Notes under the pieces: generated by a model
The model's input: only the letters and a program-made list of their open reading frames with translations
Told to the model about the DNA's origin: nothing
Database searches by the model: none
Shown here: in pieces, positions 1 to 12,383 of the stretch
Numbering within the stretch: position 1 is the stretch's first letter
Layout: every line of letters begins with the position of its first letter
Translations under genes and position numbers: made by a program
NCBI GenBank assembly: GCA_964016885.1
Contig: OZ024743.1
Location: 32,240,001-32,304,000, forward strand
Direction of reading: 5' to 3'
DNA length: 64,000 bases
Source: Eledone cirrhosa
Taxonomy: Eukaryota

Positions 1-859
1 GGGGGATTTATTGCCCAATCCTGGTTACAAATGTTTCTCAAGCAGCTGGCTTGTGATCTGGGTTGGCCCCTCAGACCAGACTCCAAGTCTGTCTGATCCT
101 CAGACCAGTTTAACACAACAAAAATCACATCAAATCTGTGGATGAACCAGCCAGACACAAACAAGCATATAGATTGACCAAACACGAGCCTAGAATTCAA
201 CGGACGCACTTATCTATATATAAAAGCGATGATGATGATGATATATATATATGTATATATATATGTAAGAAGCTTAAAACTAGTACATCGTTCCTGTGTC
301 AGTGTTGAACAAAAAGGTGACGTGGTTGCCTTAACACCGTACGGCATAAATTCAGGCTGTCAGTTTGTTTACAAACGGACAAAGCGGGCGTTATAATAAA
401 CGTCCGCTAAACTGATACGTACATATATGTATGTGTACCTGTATGTATATATATATATATATATATGCATGCTACTGTACGTCTGTATACATATATGTAT
501 GTACGTATACATACATACTTACATTTAAGTAAGTGCCGTACTAAGAGTGAGAAATGAAATTTCGTTTTCATTCTATTACAACTTATATATATATATGTAT
601 ATGTATATATCATCATAGTTTTTACATCTGTTTTTCCATATGTGCCTGGGTTGGAGGGTTCTGTCCACTGTTTTCCATTTCCATGGTTACTTTACCCAAT
701 TTTTTCAAATATTATTTCTAATGATTGAATATTATATAATCAGCTGCTTTGGGACATCTACGTTTCAAGTTTCAAATTTTCCAAATGTTTCTTAAATCAA
801 CCATATATTCACACTGCTCATACAATATATATTCACTAACAACTTCAACAATATCACTG

Positions 860-1475
860 GTGACCACCAGAGCTGCATTCTCTAACTCTGTCTATTCCTA
901 TTAGCTGTTCAATTTTTTATGATGAAGATAATGAATAAGCAGTACTGCTGGTCTGTCAGGGAGAAAAATGAAAAAGCTTTGTGGTCTGGATTTTGCAGAA
1001 ACAAGTATTTGGCTGCAAGAACTAACTACCATGAACAAGCAAAAAAATCAAGCTCAGACTTAGCTGGGAAAAGACAAATGTGATGCATATAAATGGCATA
1101 AGCCAGCCTCCCTCACTCCATCATCAGGCAGTGTGATGTGCAAGATATGGATGATTTCTGATACCTGGACAGTGTGATTGGTTGTGATGATAGCATTGAT
1201 ACTGATGTAGAAGAAATTATATCCTAGCACATGTGTCATATCTGGACCTGAAGTATTAGCACAAAAATTAAGTTAAACTATATAGTGCAATAATTTTACA
1301 AACAGTTTTGTAAGGCAGAGAAACTTGGAAAACTACAATCTATGTAGCTCAGAACTGGGCTCTTTCCATGGGTGTTGCCTGCAGAAGATCCTCAAAGTCA
1401 CCAGGAAAGACTAAGTCATAAATGAATTAATTTATTTGTGACAACAGTCCTGGCCATTACAAAAAACAATGGTGC
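860..1475 (+). mobile_element. Old, heavily decayed RTE-like LINE RT fragment
   Basis: Broken frames give RTE-like remnants (e.g. aaaattaagtta...acagttttgtaaggcagagaaacttgg ~ K.KL.....LYG.ETW) with many stops. Confidence 0.4.
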
Positions 1476-1880
1476 TACATCAGTTTTGCTTCACGGGCAC
1501 ATTTTGTATGTGCTAACCACTCTAAGAAACACAACACTATATTTTTCTGACTGTGATATTTTTCTGACCACGATGTTTTTTTAACTATATTTCTGTAAAC
1601 TTTAATCATGATACTTTGATGAGTAATATATATATTATCCGTTCTAATTTTTTCCTGAGTGAATTGTATTGGTATTTTAATTCCTAATGGCAAATTATTA
1701 AATAAAATGATTTGGTATATATAGCATAACCTGGGTAGAAACAATTGTCAGTTATTAAATGCCTTAAACTCTTAAATTCTTTGGTTTCTAAACAAACTGT
1801 AACTATATATATATATATATATATCATCATCATCATCATCATTTTACGTCTGCTTTTCCCTGCTATATATATATATCAAT

Positions 1881-1917
<37 letters not shown>

Positions 1918-1918
<1 letters not shown>

Positions 1919-4047
1919 CATCATCATCATCATCATCATCAACGTTTAACGTCCGTGTTCCACGCTTGCATGGGTTTGGACGGGGGTAGTCCCACTTGAG
2001 GCAAGAGTGATTGTCTTGCTCGCATAGGACTGTCTGGCAGGTTTTCTACAGTTGGATGCCCTTCCTAACACCAACCACATTTACAGTGTGGGTCTGGGAG
2101 GTTTTTACCGTGTTGCCTACACGGCCACATTACAGCGTGGACTGTGTGTTTTTTTGTCGTGACACCTACACGATCTCATTTGTTTCGGCCTGGATGGCGC
2201 GGCACCAACATAACTTTACATAGAACAGGGTGGTGTGGATGGGGTGGGGGTGGGGGTGGTGGGACGGGGTGTATTTTGTTAGAGATGCCTACTGGCTGTA
2301 GTAGGTTTTACTATGTATTTAGGTAAGGCGGGTCTTCTCTGTTACTGAGTACCGCCAAAGGTCTCGGTCCAGTGACATTGTCTTGGAGAGGTGTAAGTGT
2401 GTGAGGTCGGAGTTTATCAGCTCGTCCCAGGTTTTTCTAGGTCTGCCTATTCCGTGGCTACCGTCTATCTTTATTGCCCTGCACTTTGTTATACAGCTAT
2501 CGACTTTCATGCGCATCCCGTGTCCATACCAACGTAGCCTTCTCTCGAGTAAACAACATCTGATCCCTCTTATTTCTAATTTTTTCCTTAGTTCGTTTAT
2601 GCTTTGCCGTTCACGTATATTACTGTTACACATCCAGCGGAGCATGCAAGCTTCGTTCCTCTCTAGTCTGCATATATCCTCTGCACACAATGCCCAGGTC
2701 TCACTGCCATGCAACATTGCTGTTCGTATGCAGGCATCGTACAACCTGCCTTTCATTTTTAGGGAGAACCCTTTAGCAGCTAATAGTGGTATAAGCTCTC
2801 TGAACTTTTTCCAACCAGTTCTGACTCTAGCTACTGTACTTTCAGAGCACCCTCCCCCACTGCTGATTTTATCGCCCAGGTAACGGAAGCTGTCCACTAT
2901 TTCTATAGAACCCTCTGCGCAATTGAAAGAGCTAGTATTTTGTGGGCACTTGCTGCTACTTATTGCACCAGAGCACCGGCCACATGTAAAATCTATGTTC
3001 TTAGTTAGCTTACCTGTGATCCCACTACATCTTTTATGCACCCATACTTTGCATTTAGGACATAAAATGGAGTTTCTACCTATGCCTTTCCTATACACCG
3101 AGCACGACCATTTCCCAGAAGGGACTGCCGCCTTATTTTCTTTCCTACAAACTAGAACTTTAGTCTTAGCCAGGTTAATTTTAAGTCCTTTTGATTCTAG
3201 GCCGTGCTTCCATGTTTGGAATTTCTTCTCTAGCTCGGCCATTGATTCCGGTCATCTGCGTATAGGAGTTCCGATGGGCAGCCGGTCTTGAACTCCTCTG
3301 TTATAGCCTGAAGGGCAATAATAAATAGTAGGGGGCTGAGAACAGAGCCCTGATGGACGCCAACTTTTACGCTAAACTCTTCACTATATTCGTTGTTAAT
3401 TCTAACCTTGCTGACTGTTTCTTTATACATGGCTTGTATAGCCCTCACAAGCCATTCGTCAATGCCTAGTTTTCTAAGAGCCCACCAGATAATGGAGCGG
3501 GGGACTCTGTCGAAGGCTTTCTCCAAGTCGACAAAAGCTAAGTAGAGGGGTTTACCTTTAGCTAGGTACTTCTCCTGTAGTTGTTGTACAATGAAAAGAG
3601 CGTCTGTGGTACTTTTGCCTGAGACAAACCCGAACTGCATTTCATCTAGGTCAATTCTCTCTCTGATTAGTTGCGCTATTACTTTTTCCGTGACCTTCAT
3701 GACCTGGTCGATTAATTTAATGCCTCTATAGTTACTCCTATCTAGGGCGTCTCCTTTACCCTTATAACAGTTAACGATGATGCTGCTATGCCAGTCCTTC
3801 GGAACAACCCCATTCTGTACGACTTGGTTAACTATGCGGGTGACCATGGTGTGTCCCACCGTGCCAGATGCCTTCAGCATCTCAGCAACTATTTCCGAAG
3901 GCCCAGCCGCCTTACCCGTCTTCATATCCTTGATTGCCTTACTTATTATACTCCCCTCGACTAACACTGCTGGTCCCTCTATTGGGTCGATATGGGGGAG
4001 ACTGTCTTTCTCCCATTTATTCTCCTCATTTAGTAGCCTTTCATAGA
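1918..4047 (-). mobile_element. RTE-clade LINE family A, 5'-truncated copy 1 (RT, 3' UTR, (GAT)n tail)
   Basis: ORFs 3230-3967 and 2319-3242 carry NYRGIKL, QFGF, FVDLEKAFDRV, GVHQGSVLSPLLF, LLYADD, LRWYGH, GRPRKTW; small deletions near 3250-3290 shift the frame; (CAT)n at 1918-1940; both ends abut (TA)n. Confidence 0.95.
2319..3967 (-). pseudogene. Frameshifted RTE reverse transcriptase ORF (no endonuclease domain)
   Basis: Two overlapping ORFs (245 aa and 307 aa) join into one RT plus C-terminal region. Confidence 0.9.
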
Positions 4048-4143
4048 TATATATATGTGTGTGGGTGTGTATATGTTATGAAATACTGTTGGCTTCACGC
4101 TCACAATAATTTCTATACTTTCATTTATATATATATATATATA

Positions 4144-4450
4144 TCATCATCATCATCATCATCATCACCGTTTTACGTCCGTTCTTCCACGCTAGCATGG
4201 GTTAGACGGGTTGTCCTGTTGTGGGCAGTGTCTGGTCGGCTGACCATGCCTTGCTCATACAGGAACTGATCTGGCTTCATTTCTACAGCTGGATGCCCTT
4301 CCTAACACCAACCTCATTTACAGTGAGTGCTGGGTGCTTTTTCGTGGCGCCTACACGTCCACTTTACAGTGTGGGCTGGGTGCTTTTTTGCCGTGGCACC
4401 TCCACGACCGCCTTGCGGTGGGGGGAGTGGGGGAATATTGTTTATATGCT
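4144..4450 (-). mobile_element. RTE family B 3' UTR fragment with (GAT)n tail
   Basis: Reverse complement of the UTR following the family B ORF (about 43200-43503). Confidence 0.9.
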
Positions 4451-4655
4451 ACAAGGGTAAAGGAGATGCCCTAGATAGGGGTAACTATAGAGGCATTAAA
4501 TTAATCGACCAGGTCATGAAAGTCACAGAAAAAGTAATAGCGCAACTAATCAGAGAACGAATTGATCTAGCTGAAATGCAGTTCGGGTTTGTGTCAGGTA
4601 AAAGTACCACAGATGCTCTTTTCATTGTATGACAACTACAGGAGAAGTACCTAGC
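4447..4655 (+). mobile_element. RTE family A RT fragment fused in inverted orientation to the family B UTR
   Basis: Translates CYKGKGDALDRGNYRGIKLIDQ...ALFIV*QLQEKYLA; matches 5686-5895. Confidence 0.9.
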
Positions 4656-4663
4656 TATATATA

Positions 4664-5080
4664 TATATTAATAAAAAGAATTCCAACTTTGTCTGATTTA
4701 CTCGTTTTATTTACAATCCTTTAAAATTATAATGATATTATAATGAAATAGTATGGTAGAATATTAAATGTTAAGTGTTAATTGAACAAGTACTTTCATG
4801 CTTTTGCAATCTTCAGGTTCATATTCAGTGGTGACAGTCAAGTTTGCAATTTCAACTGTGAAAATTGCAAACTTAACTGTCACCACAGAATTTGAACCTG
4901 AAGATTGCAAACGCATGAGATTACTTGTTCAATTAACACTTAACATTTAATATTCTACCATACTATTTCATTATAATATCATTATAATTTTAAAGGATTG
5001 TAAATAAAACAAGTAAATCAGACAAAGTTGGAATTCCTTTTATTAATATAATCTTCTATACACAATCATACACACCCGTG
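4664..5080. mobile_element. TA-flanked fold-back element (arms about 190 bp, centre about 4856) with hammerhead motif; probable Penelope-like pLTR derivative
   Basis: 4664-4854 is the near-perfect reverse complement of 4859-5050. Confidence 0.8.
4783..4821 (-). ncRNA. Minimal type I hammerhead ribozyme motif
   Basis: Minus strand: tgaac CTGAAGA ttgc-aaaa-gcat GAAA gtac TT gttca; stem I tgaac/gttca; palindromic stem III. The plus-arm copy (4893-4931) has GAAA>GAGA. Confidence 0.7.
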
Positions 5081-5087
5081 TATATTT

Positions 5088-5218
<131 letters not shown>

Positions 5219-5221
5219 GTG

Positions 5222-5378
5222 TATAGGGCATCCAGCCATAGAAAACCAGCTAGAAACTCTCCTATATGAGCAAGACACGGCCACCCGACCCAACTTGCCT
5301 CTAAATGGGACAAAACCGTCTAACCCATGCTAGCGTGGAAGATAGACGTTAATTGATGATGAGGATGATTATGATGAT
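5222..5378 (+). mobile_element. Short RTE-type 3' UTR fragment (older subfamily) with GAT tail
   Basis: gggcatccagcc...aacccatgctagcgtggaagatagacgttaa(tga)n; similar to 11070-11228. Confidence 0.7.
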
Positions 5379-5475
5379 ATATATATATATGTATATATAT
5401 ATATAGATATACACACACACACACACACACAATTATATATATACATACATATACACACACATATATATATATACA

Positions 5476-7495
5476 ACCAGCAGTGCTAGTTGAAGGTAGT
5501 ATAATAAGTAAGGCAATCAAAGATATGAAGACGAGTAAGGCGGCTGGGCTGGGCCTTCGGAAATAGTTGCTGAAATGCTGAAAGCATCTGGAACGGTGGG
5601 ACACACTATGGTCACCCGGATAGTAAACCATGTCATACAGAATGGGGCCGTTCCGAAGGACTGGCGTAGCAGCATCATCATTAACTGCTACAAGGGTAAA
5701 GGAGACGCCCTAGATAGGAGTAACTATAGAGGCATTAAATTAATCGACCAGGTCATGAAGGTCACAGAAAGAGTAATAGCGCAACTAATCAGAGAACGAA
5801 TTGATCTAGATGAAATGCAGTTCGGGTTTGTGTCAGGTAAAAGTACCACAGATGCTCTTTTCATTGTATGACAACTACAGGAGAAGTACCTAGCTAAAAG
5901 TAAACCCCTATACTTAGCTTTTGTTGACTTGGAGAAAGCCTTTGACAGAGTCCTCCGCTCCATTATCTGGTGGGCTCTTAGAAAACTAGGTGTTGATGAA
6001 TGGCTTGTGAGAGCTATACAAGCCATGTATAAAGAAACAGTCAGCAAGGTTAGAATTAACAACGAATATAGTGAAGAGTTTAGCGTAAAAGTTGGTGTTC
6101 ATCAGGACTCCGTTCTTAGCCCCCTACTATTTATTATTGCCCTTCAGGCTATAACAGAGGAGTTCAAGGCCGGCTGCCCATGGGAACTCCTATATGCAGA
6201 TGATCTAACGCTCATAGCTGAATCAATGGCTGAACTAGAGAAGAAATTCCAAACATGGAAGCATGGTCTAGAATCAAAAGGCCTTAAAGTTAACTTGTCT
6301 AAGACTAAAGTTTAGTTTGTAGGAAGGAAAATAGGGCACCGGTCCCATCTGTGTAGGAAAGGAGTAGGCAAAAACTCCATTTTATGTCCCAAATGCAAAG
6401 TATGGGTGCATAAAAGATGTAGTGGGATCACAGGTAAGCTAACTAAGAATATAGATTTTATATGTAGCCGGTGCTCTGGTGCAATAAGTAGCAGCAAGTG
6501 CCCACAGAATACTAGCTCATTCCATTGCACAGATGGTTCTATAGAAATAGTGGACACCTTCTGTTACCTGGGTGACAAAATTAGCAGTGGGAGAGGGTGC
6601 TCTGAAAGTACAGTAGCTAGAGTCAGAATGGAATGGAAAAGGTTCAGAGAGCTTATACCACTATTGGCCGCTAAAGGGTTCTCTCTAAAAAATGAAAGGC
6701 AGGCTGTATGATGCCTGCATGCGAACATGGCAGTGAGACCTGGGCATTGTGTGCAGAGGATATATGCAGACTGGAGAGGAACGAAGCTTGCATGCTCTGC
6801 TGGATGTGTAATAGTAATATACGTGAACAGCAAAGCATAAATGAACTAAGGGAGAAATTAGGAATAAGAGGGATCAGATGTTGTTTACTCGAGAGAAGAC
6901 TATGTTGGTATGGTCACGTGATGCGCATGAAAGATGACAGCTGTATAAAAAAGTGCAGGGCGATAAAAATAGACAGTAGCCACGGAGTAGGCAGACCCAG
7001 AAAAACCTGGGACGACTTGATAAATTCCGACCACACACACTTACACCTCTCCAAGACAATGTCACTGGACGCTACACAGTAATACAGAAGACCCGCCTTG
7101 CTTAAGTACAAAGCAAAACCTACAGTCAGTAGGCATCTCTAACAAAAATACACCAATGTCCCACTACCCCCACCCCATCCACACCACCCCTTTCAATGTG
7201 AAGTTATGTTGGTACCACAACATCCAGTCCGAAACAAATGAGGCCGTGTAGGTGTCACGACAAATAAACACACAGTCCACGCTGTAATGTGGCCATGTAG
7301 GTAACACGGTAAAAACCTCCCAGTCCACACTGTAAATGTGGTTGGTGTTAGGAAGGGCATCCAGCTGTAGAAAACCCGCCAGACAGTCCTATACGAGCAG
7401 GACAACCAATCTTGCCTCAAGTGGGAAAACTCCCGTCCAAACCCATGCAAGCGTGGAAGATGGACGTTAAACAATGATGATGATGATGATGATGA
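5476..7495 (+). mobile_element. RTE family A, 5'-truncated copy 2 (stops and frameshifts)
   Basis: ORF pieces 5575-5871, 5929-6315, 6406-6711 and 6708-7082 give RT motifs including YADD; same UTR and (GAT)n tail as copy 1. Confidence 0.95.
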
Positions 7496-7604
7496 CATAT
7501 ATATATATCAGTGGAGGATCTCTAAGCATAGTAGCTACAATAATAACATGATAGAAAACGTTCAGGGAACTACCAGCTATCTTGACAATAAGAGGTGTCT
7601 CTCT

Positions 7605-7860
7605 TTATGAATGAGAAATCAGCTGTATGATGCTACAATGTGCAATGCTGCATGAGCAGCGATTGTAGTGGATATGCAATGGCTGGTGAGAAATGAAATG
7701 AGTGTGTTTTGATGGTTGTGTAGTGTTAATAGGCAAGAACAATAAAACATGGATGAGCTGAGAGAAAAACTGGGTAAAAGAGGAATCAAGTGTAGTGTGC
7801 AAGTCAGAAGACTGTATTGCTATGAACATATGATGTATGAGAATGATGGAGTGAAAAATT
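7605..7860 (+). mobile_element. Decayed RTE C-terminal fragment
   Basis: gagctgagagaaaaactgggtaaaagaggaatcaagtgt = ELREKLGKRGIKC, matching ELREKLGIRGIRC of family A. Confidence 0.6.
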
Positions 7861-8422
7861 ACAGAATATTATGTATAAAGGAGCTGAATGTAACAGCCAG
7901 GATGTGTTATGTGATGTAGTGCAGTGAAGATGTGAGGGAAGATATGTTGCATAACACAATGGAGTAGAGGACAGTAGACAAGCAATGCTGCAACTCTGAG
8001 TGAAGTGTGGATGTCAGAATATGTAGAGTAATGCAGAAGAGTGTAATATATCAATCAAGATATACTGTGGATATAAGTAAAGTGTGGTTGTAGGGATATG
8101 TTATGTAATGTTATACAGTGAAGTATAGCTGTAGGGATTGGGTTAAATGTTTTTGTCAGGATATGTTGTGCAGTGCAGTAGAGTGGTGTGTAGCAGTGAA
8201 GGTATGCTGTGGAGGTGAGTGAAGTGTAACACGGGGTATGTTGATTGTGATGTAATGTGACAGCTGCAGTATATTGTGTAAGATGTTGTGTTAAGGCATA
8301 TTGAATGGAATTTGATGACAGTTTGAACATGTTTTGTGGGGTATACTGTGGACAGCTGAGCATGCTATGTGCAGTGTAACATTAGAAAATATGTGAATAA
8401 TCCAGTATTCAGACTGTGAAAG

Positions 8423-8590
8423 TGACATGGCCAACTGGTTTAGAATTTCACTTCATAACCACAAGATTCCAGTTTCAATCCCAATGCATGTCATTTCAGA
8501 CATTTATCTTTTACCATAACCTCATGTTAACCTAAAGCCTTGCAAGTGAAATTAATTAGACAGAAACTGAGTAGAAGCTCTTGGTTGATT
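8423..8590 (+). mobile_element. Degenerate tRNA-derived SINE
   Basis: tggccaactggtttagaa (A-box-like) and gtttcaatccc (B-box-like). Confidence 0.4.
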
Positions 8591-10539
8591 TTTATCCATA
8601 ATTCAAAGGTCCAGTACTGCATTAAGGTTGCACATGTCTATAACATCTGTTATTTAGATACAGTGAAATCTGAACTTCACTATCAACTGTGCTGTTTTAA
8701 ATGAGATTTGACTGTTGAATATAGCAAGTCAAGTGGTTATATAGAGACTCCCACATTGGCTCATTGTTTAAACTGGACTCTTTATTTTATTTGATCCTGA
8801 AGTCAGGAGAAAAGGCAGTACCCAAGAACCTTTTTTCAAGGACTCCTAAGACTGTGGCAATGTGGGAGATAAATATACTTAAACAGGAGACCTGACCTAA
8901 ATGCTTACAACAGAGTGGACTCCATTAAAAGCACCCATATAGATGCACTCATATGTGACAGCTGCAGTATATTGTGTAAGACAGAGTGATAAGGCATATT
9001 AGATGGAATTTGGTGACAGTTTGTGTGAGGTGTAGTGTGGAAGTATGAGCATGCTGTATGTAAAGCAATGTAGCAACAATAGCAATTGTATAAATAATCT
9101 AGTACCAAAATACATGTACATATACCATAATTGAGCTGTGCATTCTAAACCTTTCTAACAGAAGACTAAAACTGCTTTACTTCCTTCCATATTTGATCAA
9201 ATTAACTGAAACATTTAGTTGTACCATTGAGACTGGATTTGTTTTACGTTTATTTTTGTTTGTTTTTTGTTAGTGTATTTTTTACTTGTTTATTTTTATT
9301 CTCTATTTTTTTTCATCTGTTTGGTGTTAATATCACTCTTTGTAATACTATCAATAGTTATCTGATTATATATCTAAGTAACATTATTTACACCATCAAT
9401 CATTTCACTATCTAGATGCTTCTATGGTGGGAAGTTCCTGGAATCAAAAACTGACAAATCTTATCAAACTTGCCACTTGTTCCTTTTCCTTTTCTTTTTC
9501 CTTTTATTTTTCTCATATAGTTGTAACCTTACATATTCTGCTTTTTATTACATCTTTACAATACAATAGCACTCTATCAGTTAGTTGTATTTTATACATT
9601 TTCATCTCTGCTTAATAGTAAAAATGTCATCTGAAAAAAGACAACGAAGGAAACTTTAGATGACAGAAAATAGAATTTAATCATTTTCATGATTGAATGG
9701 CTTTACTGGTTTCACATAGAGAGGAAATGTATTATAGTCAAAAGCATCAGTCTCACTTTTCACTTTGTATTAACTTCAATTCAAAGAAGAAATGTTTCTA
9801 CTTTACAACTTAAGAACCTCAAATAATTTACATTTAGATTTACCTTACTCTTTCTGTTCATGTTCCAGTTCTGTTACATTCTCTTTATTTAATTTCAGTA
9901 GTTTACCGAATGTAAGAAAGCCTACTTATTCACTCTAAACATTAACATTTTAAAATAGAAACAATATAATGGGTGTCAGGATAATAGCTAATAAAGCATA
10001 AATAAAAGTCTAGAATAGGTAAGGACAAGAAAAATCTTTTAAATAAATGAATAAAATATGTTTAAAAACAGGACAGGACAGCCTTTACTAATGGGGTTTT
10101 TAGAAAAGTTTCCCAAATAAGATTTTCTAATTTAAAGAATGTTTGCACTATTCCAGCCTGAGAACATTTCTAATTAGTTTTACTCTAATGAAATTATTCC
10201 TCTAAAAAGCCTGTAGAATGGTCACATCATTTTCTCAGATTTTTATTATATTATGCTTAAATCTATATCTTCTTAAATCTATTTCTTTTAAATATAACAC
10301 TGAAGAATTTTACCACATGTGACCTTGCACAATTACACCTCTCAAAGGACTGCAACCTCTGGCACTATGCAGTTTTACAGAAGACCTGCCCTCTGTTATT
10401 CTCAGGCTGAGGCTTATACCTAGTAGGCAACACTTTCTTCTATCTTCTCCCCCTCAATCACCTTCCTTAGCAGTAACCATACCTCCCCTACTACCCTATT
10501 CACAATTTACCCAAGCTCCCTCCCCCCTCCCTAGTCCCA

Positions 10540-11230
10540 AAACAAAAGTGCCCAAGCCCCACTGTAAAGTGGTCATGTCAGTGACATGACAAAGGTGCCC
10601 AGTCCACACTGTAAAGAAGTTGTGTAGATTTCACTATAAAAAGTACCCAGTCCACACTGTAAGGTGGTCATTTAGGTGACACAACAAAAAGCACCCCGCA
10701 CACTCTGTAAATGTGGTTGGTGGAAGGCAGGGCACCCAGCTGTCGAAGCCAAGCCAAAATCTGCCCCGGGGAGCTAATCATGGTCCTCTGACCTGTTTTT
10801 TCCCTAAGGGTCAATCTGTCCTACCCATGAATGATGGACGTTAAACAACGAGGTTGATGATATATATATGTGTATATATGTGTGTGTATATCATTATCAT
10901 GATATGTGCATGTATATATATATGTATATTATGCTGGTACCACAAAACAACCTGCCCACACTGTAAAGTGATCATGTAGGTGTCATAACAAAAAGCACCC
11001 AGCCCACACTGTAAAGTGGATGTGTAAAAGACACAGCAAAAAACACCCAGCACACACTGTCAATGTGATTGGGCATCCAGCCCTAAGAAACCAGTCAGAA
11101 ACACTCCTATATGAGCAAGACACGGTCACCCGATGCAACTTGCCTCTAAATGGGACAAACCCATCTAACTTTTGGTAAGGTGGAAGATAGACATTAATTG
11201 ATGATGATAATGATGATGATGATGATGATA
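10540..11230 (+). mobile_element. Two old RTE-type 3' UTR fragments with about 40-bp subrepeats
   Basis: Repeated cccagtccacactgtaaagtgg units, ggcatccagc motif, (tga)n tails. Confidence 0.65.
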
Positions 11231-11400
11231 TATATATATATCATCATCATCATAATCATCATCCCCTTCATGTTTGTGTCAACTTTTCCATGCTGGCATG
11301 TGTGGGATTTATTTTTTGAAGCAATATTTTACAGCTTCATACTCTTCCTGCCATTGACCTCTTTAGTTGCTTCTAATGGCAGGCAGGGATACAATGTACC

Positions 11401-11401
<1 letters not shown>

Positions 11402-11480
<79 letters not shown>
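11402..11480. repeat. (AG)n microsatellite
   Basis: Direct reading. Confidence 0.95.
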
Positions 11481-11482
<2 letters not shown>

Positions 11483-11581
11483 TGTAAAATCCCAATTGGG
11501 GTGCCACTCTTGCAAGCAGGGAAAAGCGGAAGTAAAATGATGATGATGATGATGATATATGTATGTATATATATATATATA

Positions 11582-11767
11582 TAGGAACGCTGAGCTCAAG
11601 CTGTTTCGACGGCTAATTCTGGACTATTTTAGCCCAGAATTAGCCGTCGAAACGGCTTGAGCTCAGCCATCGGGGTCCTACTCGTTCCTATTACCCACAC
11701 TACTACCCTAAGTATTGAGTACTTTGGTGTGTTATGGTCCACCTGGTTCCTTACCACATTTCCTTCG

Positions 11768-11770
<3 letters not shown>
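11582..11770. mobile_element. TA-flanked hairpin element, copy 1 (hairpin 11589-11667)
   Basis: gctgagctcaagc..tttcgacggctaattctgg / ccagaattagccgtcgaaacggcttgagctcagc; homologous inverted copy at 49746-49953. Confidence 0.75.
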
Positions 11771-11805
<35 letters not shown>

Positions 11806-11807
<2 letters not shown>

Positions 11808-12306
11808 AGATAAATCTACCAAAATATACGGTAGTGTCCAATCCGTATGAACAACTCAATGTAATCCAAATATCATGAAAAGAGAAGATGCATTCAAAAA
11901 TTTTCGATAAAAATCATAGGAAAACAGAGTCAAGATAAATTAATAAAAACAATGAAATAAAAACAAAGAACAAGTTCCTTATATTAAAAAATTCATCATT
12001 TTACGATCGTTTCTGAGATGTATATGTGTGTTGGTATGTATATCATATAGATCTATGTAAAAATATTACAAATTATCAGAGGAAATATATATACCTTCAC
12101 ATATACATGCCGTCCTCAGAAATTATCATTTCTGAGGACGGCATGTATATGTGAAGGTATATATATTTCCTCTGATAATTTGTAATATTTTTACATAGAT
12201 CTATATGATATACATACCAACACACATATACATCTCAGAATCGTAAAATGATGAATTTTTTAATATAAGGAACTTGTTCTTTGTTTTTATTTCATTGTTT
12301 TTATTA

Positions 12307-12312
<6 letters not shown>
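11806..12312. mobile_element. TA-flanked fold-back element (palindrome 11935-12312, centre about 12124) with hammerhead motif
   Basis: Arms of about 188 bp are reverse complements apart from a 4-nt deletion; the left arm extends about 130 bp further. Confidence 0.8.
11996..12125 (-). ncRNA. Type I hammerhead motif with extended stem II
   Basis: Minus strand: attt CTGAGGA cggc-atgtatatgtg...cacatatacat-ctca GAAA cgatcg TA aaat; palindromic stem III. Confidence 0.65.
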
Positions 12313-12363
<51 letters not shown>

Positions 12364-12383
12364 TTTTATTAAGGCTAAATAAT

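Noticed and set aside
198-416. tctatatatataaaag Helitron-like start and small hairpin agcgggcgtt/aacgtccgct
   Set aside because: No matching CTRR end or second copy in the window
8255-9060. Diverged direct repeat (tgtgacagctgcagtatattgtgtaaga at about 8256 and 8954); similar pair at 19330/19907 and a 28-bp tandem at 29328-29383
   Set aside because: Ordinary old local duplications with no further structure; not CRISPR-like
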